From Octopus vulgaris (Eukaryota): a stretch of DNA of 64,000 bases. The notes beneath the pieces were generated by a model, which was not told where the DNA came from, made no database searches, and was given only the letters and a program-made list of their open reading frames with translations. Position numbers and translations under genes: made by a program. The stretch is from the NCBI GenBank assembly GCA_951406725.2, contig OX597814.1, positions 102,672,001 through 102,736,000 on the forward strand, given 5' to 3'. The stretch's first letter is position 1, and each line of letters begins with the position of its first letter. Below are positions 1-15,029 of this stretch, piece after piece.

Positions 1-504
1 TACAAAATTGAAAGACAATTTAAGAAGCATTTATAAAACTTTTCCCGAATCTGGTCGGACTTATTGCTCGAATGAGAAACCAAGTGAAGAAGCGTCTATA
101 AAACTTATTGGTGGTCTGGTATTTTACTAGAAATAACAGCCCATCACGCTATACTTTACATTGTTTTCATGAAGAACACTTTAAGAAGCTTCTGGAGAAA
201 TATAGTCCATTTGGGGATTTAATGTGATGCTAGAAATAACAGATCCTCAATAACTATTGTATTTGTTTCCATGGTGATTTTCTATTTCATATGCAAGGAA
301 TATCGACAGTAAACTGTTACTCTATGCTATAAAAAGCAGGGAAGAGGTTGGCGTCAAGAAAAGTTATTAAACTATAAACACTTTAAAGAATGGAGCCAGA
401 ATGAATGAACTAATTGTTGCTGTGGATAAAACCTACAAATCAATATAAAGGGAGATAATTAGATTTAACTGTTCGTTACAGTAAATACTTCAGGAGAGGA
501 AATA

Positions 505-550
505 CGCATGCGCATTGAATGTGCTTCCTACTTGATGTTTGACTTCCGGT
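505..550. promoter_or_regulatory. Candidate promoter: NRF1-like and ETS/GABPA-like sites
   Basis: CGCATGCGCA at 505-514 (NRF1-type palindrome) and ACTTCCGGT at 542-550 (ETS core CCGGAAGT on - strand) in otherwise CpG-poor DNA; donor-like GTAAGT at 680-685 downstream. Confidence 0.5.
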
Positions 551-1464
551 TAAATGTCCTTTGAATGAATTTTATTTAATCAGCTGATAATAATAATACG
601 TTTATAATTCTTTTAATGTATTTCTCAACCAACACATACACACATATATAAACAACACTATCCTTTATGAAACATTTGCGTAAGTATTAAACAATGAAAA
701 TATTCAATGTTTTTAATTCTGGAGACTTTCGGTTTTTGGTGCATCAATTCGTTGTTCCTCTTCCGTGTTTTATGAACGAGAGATGTGCTTGATTGTACAG
801 GATTTGGCTGCTATTTCTTGCTACGAAAAACATATTCAATGATTTGTGCGATATTTGGTTGATATTACTAGCTATGGAAGTGAAATGTTTATTAATTGTT
901 CGAGCTTTGACTGCTATTTCTAGCTATGGAAGCTACCTTATGCACTGTCCGCCGTTGCCTGGTTAGTTTGTTGTGTGTTTTAGCTGAGAAATATTCTCAA
1001 ATACACTCCAACCACTGAAATGTTTACAATATTACCTGGAAACGAAATACAAAGTAGAGAGTGCAACGGGTGTAAGAAAAAAATGGGATCTATTCCATTT
1101 GACGGACAGATTTTTAAAATCATCATTATTTATTTTTGAACTAAACACTTTGAAACTTCGGATACTGGTAGAATGTGTCACATAGAACAGGGTTTACTCT
1201 TAACGTTTTTGACAAAACTATGTATTTTAGAAGTTATTTTGTGTTAAAGTTGTATTTGGGTAATTTTTAAGCAATCAATGACGTATATTCAGTTGAAGAA
1301 AATTACTGCTGCTGTTTGGGAAGAAGAACTTCGGGGTCTATTAACAATAAAGGAAAAAAATGGAGGGGGTGGGGGCAAAATGTCTTTCAGGAAAAAAAAA
1401 ACTAAAAGCAGTAGAAATGCACGAAGGATTATGGAGGAAACATGCTTCAGATACACTCGTTGAT

Positions 1465-2311
1465 TCATACAAACGTAACTGAGATGAAATGCAGCAGTGG
1501 ATCATGGACTGGCAACTCAAGCTGGCTGTGGACAAATGTACCACCATGCATTTTGTGAGGAAAAACCGAGCATCTGCTTACTCCCCTCACAACACTAATC
1601 TCAAAAAGTCTTCTTGTGAACGTGACCTGGGCGTTATTGTCGACAGCGATTTGCGTTGAACAAAACACATCGCCAAGAAGGCTGAGGGTGTCTTGGCATC
1701 ACTCACCAAGTCCTTTATGACCCTCTTTCCTGCTATCTATCTGAGGCTTTATATAGCTATGGTGCAGCCTCACCTGGAATTTGTATCACCGGTCTGGAAC
1801 ACCTATCTTGCCCAGGATATTAATTGTCTGGAAACTGTTCAGTGACGTGCAACTAAGAGAATACCCTCCATCAGACATTTGCCATATTCTGAACACCTTA
1901 CTTCCTTGGGCATGGATACATTGAAACTCCAACTTCTGGCGGCTGACTTGGCAGATACCCATAAAATTATTAACCATCTTACAAACAATAACTCTGAGCA
2001 CCTTTTCAAACTCCACCTGTCTAACACCCGTGGATATGCTTACAAAGTCAGAAAACAGCACAGCTTCCATGACCTGCCAGTATTAGTTGTTAGTTGTCGG
2101 AGCACTGCATCCTTCAAAACTTCCATGCTTCCTGAGATTCGCCAACACTACACCTGATTTTCTCCCCTCCATACACATGCAAGCATGTATCTGACTCATA
2201 CACTGTTCACTTCCCAGACATTTGTACATTACTGCATATGCTTTATACACACTTTTGACAACATGTGGTGCACCTGAGCACTGTATACAATGATTTCATT
2301 ATTATTATTAT
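1465..2311 (+). mobile_element. 5'-truncated CR1/L2-group LINE (RT C-terminus, 3'UTR, (ATT)n tail)
   Basis: Broken + strand frame reads RDLGVIVDSDL..MVQPHLEFVSPVWNTYL..LETVQ*RATKRI..LPYSEHLTSLG..NTRG; ends in ATTATTATTATT at ~2298-2311. Confidence 0.85.
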
Positions 2312-2483
2312 TCTATATATATGGGTGAATATGTATTTTAATTATACACACACATAAAAATCTGGCACACTGTCGGTTACGATGATCACAATTACCCAAA
2401 ACTTCTTCACTCTTCCAGTTACATTTTTCCTCTTGAAAAGAAGGCTTTCATCTACTTGGACTATAAGTTGTACCACTGTACAA

Positions 2484-2588
2484 CTGAAAGGATGAAAGGC
2501 AAAGTCAACCTGGGCGGAATTTGAACTCAGAATGTAAAGATAGATGAAATACTGCTAAGCATTTCACCCGGCATGCTAACGATTCTGT
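2484..2588 (-). mobile_element. tRNA-derived SINE head fragment
   Basis: Reverse complement CAGAATCGTTAGCATGCCGGG...CTGAGTTCAAATTCCGCC..GACTTTGCCTTTCATCCTTTC contains a Pol III B-box (GAGTTCAAATTC). Confidence 0.7.
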
Positions 2589-3436
2589 CTATTTGCATAA
2601 TCATATTGATTTCATTATGCAAAAGATAGAATCGAAAGAATTTTGTAAAAATAGAAAGGTTATTCAGCATATTGTTACATCGTTACTCTGCCATTTGATA
2701 TTTCTAGGTATGCAAGTGCGATATCTATGATTTGTGGGGGATTTGGCTGCTATTTCTAGCTATGGACGCTACCTTCAGCACTCCCCATAATTGCCTGGTT
2801 TGTTTGTTGTGTGTTTTAGTTTGAGGAATATTCTGAAATACACTCCAACCACTGAAATGTTTGGAAACCAATACTTTATTGTAATCTATTGATTGTTTCT
2901 CGGTATTACTATCGATGTGTGCCCAACCAACTAGTAATTTGTTTCCTCATAACTTTCTCAAAAATGGATAATTCAAAATAAAATTTTCTGAAAGTACGTA
3001 GTAGTATAGATAAGGATTATGTAGGAATCTGTTGTGCAAAGATAAGTATAATTGAATGGAGGTTATGGATAATTTATATACATCGACTTTATTTTCTCAT
3101 ACTTGTAGATTTAAAATGAGGCAGAGTGTCAGATTAGCTCATCCACATAAGTTGGTTAATATTCGTTTTGAGGGGGATTTTTTCAAATTACCTTCACCAC
3201 ACATTTAAAAATGATGGTTGTGGAGAAAAAGTTACGAAAATCTGATTTCCACCTACTCATGAGACATTAAACACTGAAATAATATTATTAGCCATATTTC
3301 TGGAGAAGGACTAATATTAGTGTCCACCATTCTGTAGTTTTATTTTAAAACAATGTGAAGGTGTCAGTGCAGTTTACAATTATGTAAGCTTCACACAAGA
3401 TTCTATGATATCAGTTTTAATAAATTTAAGTGTTAA

Positions 3437-3610
3437 GTTCATCGTCATCTTTTAATGTCTGTTGTTCATATTGGCATGGTTGGATGGTTTGACCAAAGCT
3501 GGCATGCTGCAACAGACTCCAGTCTAATTTGTGATGGTTTCTACAGCTGAATGCCCTTCCTAGTGCCAACCGCCTCATGGTGCACAGGGTGTGTTTATGT
3601 GGCACCACAC
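3437..3610 (-). mobile_element. Degraded RTE-type 3' tail
   Basis: GTTTCTACAGCTGAATGCCCTTCCTAGTGCCAACC matches the RTE 3' end at 28718-28753 and, in reverse, at 9597-9630. Confidence 0.7.
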
Positions 3611-4115
3611 ATTTACTTTAATGTGGTAGCACTTGGCATTGCACGTCTGCATTTATGAGAAACTATCACAAGCGATTTTCGTCACCAGACGCCTGAGTTT
3701 CAATACTTTAGCTGTGGAGTACAGGTTTTCTCAGTAAGCGATGTGGCAGGCATCTCAGTCTTTATCATATCACTTCTACGTGTTCCATCTGCTTTGAGAG
3801 ATCAGCACTTCTCTATAGAACTGTTAGCATCCACCTCAGTTGTTAAGGTAAATGTTTATTTCTACAGTTTATCTCAGTAGAAATGAATCTGTCTTTTTTA
3901 AGTAGCCTCTACATCTTATACGTTTTTTTTCTCTATAATTTCAGAACATCAGATGACAGAAGAAGAATCCTCAATATCTACCACCTTTTAAAGACTACAA
4001 GAAAATATTATACAAAACTGACTGAGAAAATTATAGAATTGATTTCCCCTGAACACATAAGATAATATGACTGTAATATCTGTATGAATGCTTCTTTCAA
4101 GAAAGTAACCTAATT

Positions 4116-5455
<1,340 letters not shown>

Positions 5456-6499
5456 AAATATAAGGCGTGGTTTCTATAGTTTCGATTTTTTTTCTTTCGT
5501 TTTTGCAATATTAACCCCTGCTCCTTTCTTGACCACTCATCCTTTCCATGATGTAGGGACCTCTATACCAAAACTCCTCCTCCTGACAGCCCTACACATT
5601 AGGCTTTCTTGAGTATTGCATCCTGTAATTACAGCATACTGTATTTGAAATGCTTCTCTCATTCCATATTTTATGTCATCTTTTATACACAGGTATATTG
5701 TAAAGTTGTCAAATATTTACATAAACTATGACCCCCCCCCCCCCAAATACAAATCAGAAGAAATCGCAAAGGAAAAACATGAGGCATAAGTATAGTTTAG
5801 TGTCCCACGCCAGACTGATTCCTTGTTGGTTTCAGGATAATGGTTTCTTTAAATTCAATTTTGCAGATGTAAGTTTTGAATTGACCAAATTATAATGATT
5901 TTCATAAAGTTCAGAAACAACGTTTTGGAGGAGATTTCTCACTATCCTTTGTCAAGTCTGTACCACTTCTTCAAAATGTGAGGTTAAATTCAGTTCAGCC
6001 AAGATAACCTATGAAATATCTTTTGTTACTGTGACCAAGTGTAGCTATGAAATTTTTATAAAAATGGAACAGTAAATAGAATACTCTCTTTCTTTTACTT
6101 GACACCTGTAACAGAGGCAGGTGTCAAGTCTCAGTAATGTCACAGACATAAAGATGTGCTTTCGTCTCTTTACTTGCTGGTTGTTACACATGTAACATTT
6201 CTCTCTTATCCTCTCTACTCAGAGATATTTACACAATGGACAACAACTACACTCTGTATTTATTAACAACTCTAAATAGTTTAGCTGATAATTCTAAACA
6301 AAAGCCAGATCACCTGTGATCTATTTCTAGTGTCCTTTATTCTATGTATGATGAATGAAATATGTGGCTTTATACATGCAGGGTGTTTGGGTTAAATTTC
6401 ACAGTTTGCATAAAAGTAACATAAACCACAGTATCCCATCCAAAAATAAAAGATCAAAAAATATGAACTAGATTATGCCGGGGAGACAGCTTCCACCAT

Positions 6500-6990
6500 G
6501 GTCCCAGGACAGCTCTAGAACCTGGTCTATGTGTCCCTCCTTTTGTCTCTGAAAAGTTCTTCAAACACCTCCTTGATCTTGGCTACCAGCTCAGCACTGA
6601 TGTTGAAACAGAGCAGTCGGTGTCTTTCTCAACTGTGCCTTACAAATGATAATCCAGGGGATTACAATGAGGAGAATTAGGAGGCCAGGAATTAAGGCTG
6701 GAGAAGTTGTGGGACATTCTCTGACCACCACTTCTAACTTTTTTGCAGAAATATGACATGCAGTCAAATGTTGCTGCCACACACACATCCCTATGACAGC
6801 ATCCTTCTTCAGCAAAGTTGCACCACAGTCTCACGTGACATCTGAATGGAATCTAACGTCATGTTCAAAGATGTGGTGTCACATGACATTACCCTCACTG
6901 TTGACACACCCAGAGATGAGCCTGTTGTACTCCTTCCTGCTGGTCATGACTTTGTAGTCTCTGTTGCTGCTGTGCATGTCATGTCTTACA
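6500..6990 (-). mobile_element. Tc1/mariner-superfamily transposase remnant
   Basis: Minus-strand ORF contains WPPNSPHCNPLDY, matching the WPxxSPDxNPxD motif of the catalytic C-terminus; multiple frameshifts. Confidence 0.75.
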
Positions 6991-7939
6991 TCTTTTACAG
7001 TGTTCAGAAAGCATTTAGCTGCAGTCATGTCAGCATCTTTTATACCCAGTATGAATCATCATGATACAGCTAACTCTCTTCCAATATTCAGATGGTTTCC
7101 AGTCCTCTCTTTTAGCTGCTGACTTTTTTTTTTAACTTTATACTCTCCAACAATATTGACTGTTCACCAATACATAAAGTGTTTTTTTCTAAAAGGTGAC
7201 ATAAAAATATTGTGAAATTAAGCCTGAATACACTGTGTCCCAATGTTTATATTTACAAAATTGCAGGCTCTGAACTTGTGGTGTGTAAATTGTTTGTTTC
7301 GTAAAGGCATAATATAAATGTACCTTTTATATGAATTAAATCTGGCAGCTAGCTCTCATTGGCTCCCTTTGTCTCTGAAATGGTGTGTTTTTCAGAGAAA
7401 TATATCTTGCTTTTGAAATCTGCAATCCAAACATAAATAATTATTACTTCACCCAAGAAGTAAGCTTAAAATATTGCAGATAAATATAAAATTTTATAAA
7501 AAATACTCTGATGCTTTATCATAAATTCCCATGAATCAAATAAAAATTGCTTTAAGGTTTTGAAATTGAGATTAATTTTTGTTGATTATTAATACAATGT
7601 TATAAAGAATATCTTTATTTTATTTCATCATGATTAACTCTATGACATCTGCATATATATATATATAGTTTTCTTTTGCAAGATATTCACCTTTAGTTCG
7701 TCAATTTTCCGGATCAACTGAAATTTACTTTTTGACTTTCAGCTTTTATCACTGTTCAGTGAGGAAATTTGCTCTTTTAGTTTCCCATTTTATTTCATTA
7801 AAAGAACTATTTTCTGGTTCAAGTTTTTTCCTATCACATCCTGCAACACATGTGTATGCTGTTCTTTGACTTTCTGGAAAGATTTGACGAAGATTTTGCA
7901 ATTCTGACATCTTTCCGTAATGACATCTCTTTCAGAATG

Positions 7940-8900
7940 TTCCGTTTCTTTACGCTGCACTGGCACCATCCTCCAAACCGGTTGCTCGATTGGGCAATGA
8001 TCACCTGTGTCAATATGGTGCTTCACACTACACTCCATCTGCAGTTCCGATTTCGGTAGGATCACTGTCATGCATAATTCTTTCACTTCACCACCTGTAA
8101 TTATCCACTTTACCACCTTGACACAGTCTAATCTTTCTTTGAACCAAAGCTTCATAAAGCAGACGTCCAATTCACACCTGATAAACGACAAGTAGTCCAG
8201 AACTAAGAAACAAGGATACTTCATCACCACATAGACTGGAAGCACAACCTTTTGTCCTGCAACTTTAATCAGGACATCAACCGATCTTCTCAGTTGAGTA
8301 CAGTGTCCCACAATGTCAACAATTTATTCCAGCCGTCTCTTGTTCTTTCTTCTTCAAACAGCTTTGTTTTTTATGTCTCACCTTCTCGTGGTACCAACAA
8401 CTTCCATTAAATCTTCCTGCTTCACGTACTTGCCCCTTCCTTGCTTTGAAATCAGGACTGTAGTCCACCTGAAACCTTCCTGTGCCTGACCTTAACACTC
8501 AAATTCCAGAGCTCTAGCCAATACCTCTTGCATTGTTTCACTTGAACTTTGAGCTCTGCACTGCCCTGCCCTAAGCATCGATAAACTGCTCTTTCTGAAG
8601 AAGAGCCAAAGGTTCCTGGGCAAGCAGTTGTGATTCTCCTCTAACCCTTATGTGGGTCTGAAATCGTACCTGTACACTTCACTCAGGCACATTGTGCCAT
8701 ATCTTCTCTTGAACAGTTCAACTATTGAAGAATAACAGCTTCTGTCCTCCACAGACAACTGGTTCAGTACCTCTAGTGCAGTGCCCTTTAGACTAGTAGC
8801 AAGCTGAACTGCTCTTTGCTCATCATCCCATCCGTTCTGGTCAGCCAATAGTTCAAACTGGACATGGTAGGCCTCCCTTGACACTTTTTCCATCAAATTC
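7940..8900 (-). mobile_element. Ty3/Gypsy LTR retrotransposon remnant (gag, decayed Zn knuckle, start of pol)
   Basis: EAYHVQFELLADQNGWDDEQRAVQLATSLKGTALEVL (gag-like); CWYHEKVRHKKQSC (decayed CCHC); VKHHIDTGDHCPIEQP (pre-RT motif). No LTR recognised. Confidence 0.75.
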
Positions 8901-9002
8901 CTGTGGTTTCTTTTTAGTGGGAGCTCCACTGCAGACTTACACTTTTTTGGAACAAATCTTTTGGCTACTTGCATAATTTTTTTTTCTATCTAATATCTTT
9001 TA

Positions 9003-9741
9003 GCAAGCCGCCCCGACTGGCTTCTGTGCCAGCGGCACATAAAAAGCACCATCCGAACGTGGCCAATGCCAGCGCCGCCCCGACTGGCTTCTGTGCCGGT
9101 GGCACATTAAAAGCACCATCCGAACGTGGCCGATGCCAGCCAGCGCCACCCCGACTGGCTTCTGTGCCGGTGGCACATAAAAAGCACCCTCCGAACGTGG
9201 CCGATGCCAGCGCCGCCCCGACTGGCTTCCGTGCCGGTGGCACATAAAAAGCACCATCCGAACTTGGCCGATGCCAGCGCCGCCCCGACTGGCTCCTGTA
9301 CCAGTGGCACATAAAAAGCACCATCCGTACGTGGCCAATGCCAGCGCCGCCCCGACTGGCTTCTGTGCCGGTAGCACCATCCGAACGTGGCCGATGCCAG
9401 CCAGCTCCGCCCCAACTGGCTTCTGTGCCGGTGGCACATAAAAAGCACCATCTGAACGTGGCCGTTGCCAGCGCAGCCCCGACTGGCTTCCGTGCCGGTG
9501 GCACGTTAAAAGCTCCAACCAATCGTGGCCGATGCCGGACCCCCCTGGCACCTGTGCAAGTGGCACGTAAAAAGCACCCACTACACTCGCGGAGTGGTTG
9601 GCGTTAGGAAGGGCATCCAGCTGTAGAAACTCTGCCAGATCAGACTGGAGCCTGGTGCAGCCCCTGGCTTCCCAGACCCCGGTCGAACCGTCCAACCCGT
9701 GCTAGCACGGAAAACGGACGTTAAACGATGATGATGATGAA
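9003..9741 (+). mobile_element. RTE LINE 3' end carrying a GC-rich ~68-bp minisatellite (about 8 units) and (GAT)n tail
   Basis: Unit GCCGCCCCGACTGGCTTCTGTGCCGGTGGCACATAAAAAGCACCATCCGAACGTGGCCGATGCCA; 9580-9741 is the reverse complement of the RTE tail at 28603-28770. Confidence 0.85.
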
Positions 9742-10194
9742 GGTCATTACCAAAAGATTCTACTCATTAAGTTTTTTTAAACATCATAATTAAAATGAGA
9801 AAGTAAATATTAGGCACCGCTGTCCCAGTTTTGGCCCTACGTTTTTTAATAATTTTTTTGTACTGTGAAAATGTACAGCTTATGAAATACCCGAGACATT
9901 TTGAGTCAGAATCAATTTTAGGCATTACTTACCAAATATTTGGCTATCTAAAGCTGTATAACTGTTTGTAGTACCAAATATCTTTTAAAGAGACTTTCAC
10001 TAAAAATTTCTACTCATCAAATGCTTTTTAAAAAATATGATTAAATTATAGTTTGCTTTTCCAATAACTGAGAAATTATGAGGCGAAATAAGTATCAGGT
10101 GTTACTCACCCATTTTTGGCCCTACATATTTTATCATAACTTGTTTTCTACTGAACCTAATTTCGATTATATTATGTGAAAGTATAGCTTAGCA

Positions 10195-10531
10195 CAGATT
10201 TATCATGGCACAAATAACTGAATTAAGATTAAGCTAAAAGTTAATTAGCGGTAAAGCGTCAAATTGGATGCGAGTGAGTAAGAGTTAACCTAAACTCTTT
10301 TACATGTTTCAGTCATCTGACAGTAGCCATGCTGGAGCACCACCCTTCACACACTACTGTGTGTGAATAATAGATTTATCCTGGCACAAAAAGCTGAATT
10401 AAGATTAAGCTAAAAGTGTCAAATTGGATGCAAGTGAGTAAGGGTTAACCTAAACTCTTTTACATGTTTCAGTCATCTGACAGTAGCCATGCTGGAGCAC
10501 CACCCTTCACACACGGTAGTGTGTGAATAAT
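10195..10531. repeat. Local tandem duplication, two ~160-180 bp copies
   Basis: GATTTATC.TGGCACAAA...GTTAACCTAAACTCTTTTACATGTTTCAGTCATCTGACAGTAGCCATGCTGGAGCACCACCCTTCACACAC..GTGTGAATAATA occurs twice in a row. Confidence 0.9.
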
Positions 10532-10794
10532 AACGATGACACTACCGATGTGTTTGTATGTCTGCTAAAAAATGTGTTTATATTTCCCGCCTTCCTTCTC
10601 CAGCACTTTCGGGGATGCTCCTGATTAATATCTAAATGTAAACTCTTCATTCAAATGTATTTTCGTATTATGAAAACTGTTTCTAATGGGAAATTCCTTA
10701 CGTGTCTACATAACATGTAAATCTTGGTAATTGCAATCAGAAAATAAATCACATGTGATGGAGAATAAATAATACCAGAAACATTTATATTTTC

Positions 10795-13700
10795 CTGTCA
10801 TAATGGAAGTCTGTCGGGTTCGACAATGACATCAGTGACGCCAAAGGTGGATGCGCAGATGCGGCCACATGTTGGGCACATAACAGCAGATGTAGGGTTG
10901 GGGATCCTCTCTTTTCAGGCTTGTCACTTTTCCTCGAACAGCCTGACACCCTTTTGGACTGCTGGACGCCAGGCACTGTAGTCAGAGATAAGCGATTCCC
11001 AGCCACGGGCTGAAATGCCACAGGCCAAAAGGGAAGTTTTCAGGCTCTCCTTGTATCGCCTCAGTAGCCTTCCAGGGTTTCTTGCTCCAGAAGCCAGCTC
11101 AAAGAAGAAGATTATCTTTGGTAGACACGCGTCGTCCATTCGGACTACATGTCCGACCCACTGGAGCTGGGCCTTCAAGATGAGGGCTTCAATCTCAGGC
11201 ATTTCAGCTCTGTGAAGCACATCAGTGATGGAGACTCTGTCCTCCCAGGAAATTCTCATGATTCGTCGCAAGCAGCAGAGGTGGAACTGGTCAAGTACTC
11301 GCAGAGAGGTGATGACGACTGCAAGCTTCGTGGAAAGTCTGATGCCTCGTTCAGCCTACACACGTGTCCAAAGTCTGCCAAACGAAGCTCCTGCTTTCGC
11401 AAGTCTCATGGAGATCTGCAGTTTGAGGACAGGCATCCTCCCAGGTATGTAAAGCTCTCCACGTTGTTCAGAGTTGTACCCTCAGTCTTAATCTGAGGCT
11501 CAGGAGGTGTCAGGCCAGGTGCAGGTTGAGGCATCACCTCTGTTTTTCGCAGGCTAATGGTCAGTCTGAAGGCTTTTGCTGCTCCTGTGAGACAAGTGGC
11601 AAGTTCTTGCAGGTCTTGTTCATTCAATGCTGCAAGCACACAATCGTCTGCAAACAAGAAGTCTCACTAGGGTGTCCAGGACTTTGGTTTTTGCCTTCAG
11701 ATGTCTGAGGTCAAAGAATCAGCCGTGACATCTGTAGCGAATAGTGACATCAGCATCAGACTTTGACAGGTTGTGGAAGAGCAAGGTAGCAAACATGAGG
11801 CTGAGGAGTGTGGGAGCCATCACAGCTTTGCTTCACGCCACTGGAGACTGGGAATGGATCAGAGACATCTCCGTTTTCCACGATGCGAGCCATGATCCTG
11901 ACGAGCTTTGATGGGCATCCTAGGTTGGACAAGATATCACACAGGCCCTCTCGGCTGTCAAAAGCTTTCGTCAGGTGCACGAAGAGGATGTAGAGGCTCT
12001 GGTTTTGTTCTCGGCACTTCTCTTGTATCTGCCGAACTGCAAACACATGTGTACTGTCCGCCTGTTGTTCCTAAATCCACACTGGCTCTCTGAGACCACG
12101 TCGTCCAGCAGGTGGTGTGTGATGCAGTTCAGAAAAACACAGGCTATGATCTTTCCTGCGATGCTCAGCAATGAGATGCCTCTGTGGTTGTCACATGAAG
12201 CTCTGCCCTACTTGTTCTTGTTCAGATGCACGATGTTGGCATCCTTGAAGTCCTGCAGCACTGACCCTTCATCCTAGAACTGCTGTATCAGCTCAGTCAG
12301 CTTGATGGTAACAGCTTCACATCCTTCTTTGAAGATCTCTGGGGGTATTCCGTCAAGACCAGGTGCTATCCCCACATGTAGTTGCTTAATGGACTTCTGC
12401 CAGATTTGAGTGGTGGGGGGTCATCAATCAATACCAGGACTGGGCGCTGTAGCATGTCGTGGATGGCCTGCTGGTCAATCTGGGAAGGTCTGTTTAGCAG
12501 CTGACTGAAGTGTTCACTCCAGCGCTGTATGATGTTGCTCTTCTCAGTAAGCAGGGTTCCATCGGCAGAGCGCACCGGTGCCATTGCATTTAGCGTGGAG
12601 CCATACACGTCTTTCAGGCTGGCAAAGAACTTCTTGGAGTTGAGCTCGTCTGCATACTGCTGTAGTTTTGCAGCCTTGTTTTCCAACTACTTGTCTTTCA
12701 TCTGTTGCAGCTCAGTCTGTACCTTTCCTCTGATGTTCTTGAGGCGGTCGTGCTTGGCTTGGGAGTCTTTTTCGTTGAGCCAGGCTGTGAAGGCTTCTTT
12801 CTTCTCTAGAGGAGGGTGGTGATCTCCTTGTTGTTGTCAAACCAATCTTGGTATTTCCGTTGTGTGTGGCCAAGGGTAAGGCTGGCAGAATCATACACTG
12901 CATCCTGGAAGTTAGCCCAGGCCTTCTCAAGGTTTCCTTCTGCTGGCAGATATTCAAGCTGGTTTGCAAGGTTGGAAATGAGGGTCTCTTTTGTTTTTGG
13001 TTCATTGGGTTTCTGCTCTTCCAGTTTTTTTTTAACAACAGCTTTCTAGCGTCTGTGTCTGCTGACGATGGAAAAGACAGTCTGCACCTCAACAGCAGGT
13101 GACATGTCCAGCAGCCAGCTAACCTCATTGCCCATAGACAGGATGATGCGAACATCCTGGATGTCATGGCGCCTGGTGATCACATAGTTAATCAGGTGCC
13201 AATGCTTGGACCTTGGGTGCATCCAGGTAGCCTTGTGGATGTCAGGCAGTTGGTACAGAGTATAGGTAATGGTGAGTCTCTTTTCAGTGCAGAAGGTGAG
13301 TAGCAGTTGACAGTTGGTATTCTCATGTCCGATGACATCTGGCCAAGACTGGGCATCTCTGCCTACACGGGCATTAATGTCCCTGAGTATCAGAAGCTGG
13401 TCGTCTTTAGGAACTGACCGTAGCACTTTGATGAAGTTCTGATGGAACAGCTCTTTCTGCTCCAGAGTGTAGGTCGTGGTGGGAGCGTAAGCACTGATGA
13501 GTGTCAGGTGCATCTTGCCTTGGAGAGGAATTCTCATCACCATCAGGTGGTCACTGATTCCTCTTGGGAGAGACACCAGATTCTTGACGAGGGCGGTGCG
13601 AATGGCAAAGCCAGCTCCTGCTTCCCTGCATTCAACCGGTGCCTTCTATGACCAAAAGAAAGTGCATCCAGCTCAAGCCTCGGTGATCTCCCTCCTGTCA

Positions 13701-14690
13701 ACAAGGTGTGTCTCGCCGAGGGCAACAACATCAATGCTGTATCTCTGCAGTTCTTGACCCACAAATGCTGTTTAACGTTCTTGTCTGTCACAGTTTTGGT
13801 TTGTCCATGAGTGTCCTGATGTTCCAGGCTCCAACACATAAAGTGCTTTTCCAGTGGGAGGATTTTGGGTTCTTCTTTCGTATTTCTTTCATGTTAAGAC
13901 TGCACGGTAGATGACCAGGGGGTGGAGCAGTGCTATCCCTAAATTGGGCTACTTTGTCATCAGAGTGGCTGCCGAACTATGCCCTTGCTCGGTAGGCTGC
14001 AGAACGACCATCCTGCCCTGATCGTCTGTGTGCAGGTCCATGGCTAGCAGCTCCCAACGCCATTCTGCACCTGCCATCGTCACCACTTGCCCATCGCCTC
14101 AAAAGAAGTAGAGGGGGTGCAGTCACTGAATCTTGGACAAGAGAACTGTGGAGGCATGGGTTGCTCAAGCCCAGGACCCCCTTCTCAGTCCAACCGATCT
14201 AGCCAGGAGGGACGCAGGACGACACATCCTAGCTACGACTGGACTGCAAGCACTGCCGGAGAGATGATGGATTTCATCACCTAACCGCCTTAGGGGCTCC
14301 ACTCCAGATTTGGATATGGTTTACTCCCGAGCCTTTGATTAACCAAAAAGACCTACCCGCAAGGCAGCGGGAGACTCTTGGAGGGTGGGGGCGTCTTACT
14401 TCCCGTACAGGACCAGAAGGACCTGCCCACTGCCCATACAATATATACAATACACACACACAGACCAAAATGCAAACACTCCACAAGCACACATAGTTGA
14501 ATGGCCATTGATTACGTTGTAGTTCTTTCGTCCTTTGACAGGTCTTATTTTTTGTCCTGCAGGGTGTTCAAGAAGCACCCACCTCACCAAGCAAGCCTGG
14601 AAGGGGTTGCCAGTTTAGTCACCAGCGACCCGACCGTAAAACAGGTTGTACTGGGCCACATGGTACCAGTAGCACTCGAGAGCAACCTGA
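10795..14690 (-). mobile_element. Near-full-length degenerate RTE (BovB-like) LINE: 5'UTR, APE endonuclease, RT
   Basis: Minus-strand fragments: LTLISAYAPT and TWMHPRSKHWHLINYVITR (APE); SIAGKII, SQCGFR, GVKQ, FADDC (RT); QLQWVGHVVRM. Many frameshifts and stops; higher GC than flanks. Confidence 0.92.
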
Positions 14691-15029
14691 CATACATATA
14701 TACTATATATACACATATACTAAAATACTAAAATGTTTGTATGTTAACTATTGAAATTAAATTTATTTTCATTGTAAATGAAGAACTAAGCAGTTATTAT
14801 CTCTGAAAGTTTGCAAATTTCGGGTAATTTTAACCAATCGAAAGCCAGACATGTTTTATAAACTGATTTTTTTTTTTGCTTCTACTCAACTTTTCAGTGA
14901 AGGTAAAGAATACATACACCCAGTGTTTAGCGTTAGGGTTTAGGATTACTGTTTAGTGTTAGGGTTATGCTGAAATCGGGTGGTGTGCCTATTCTGTACC
15001 TCCCCCGAGAGATCTCCTTGACTTGTGCC

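Noticed and set aside
8986-9695. Overlapping long ORFs with repeated peptides, and a superficially CRISPR-like periodicity
   Set aside because: GC-rich minisatellite without unique spacers or cas genes, in eukaryotic context; open frames reflect stop-poor repeat units.
14580-14690. Possible HDV-like or twister ribozyme at the RTE 5' end
   Set aside because: Partial pairings seen on the - strand (ACC/GGT, CCAGT/ACTGG) but I could not build a full nested pseudoknot by eye; needs an Infernal or RNAmotif search on the family consensus.
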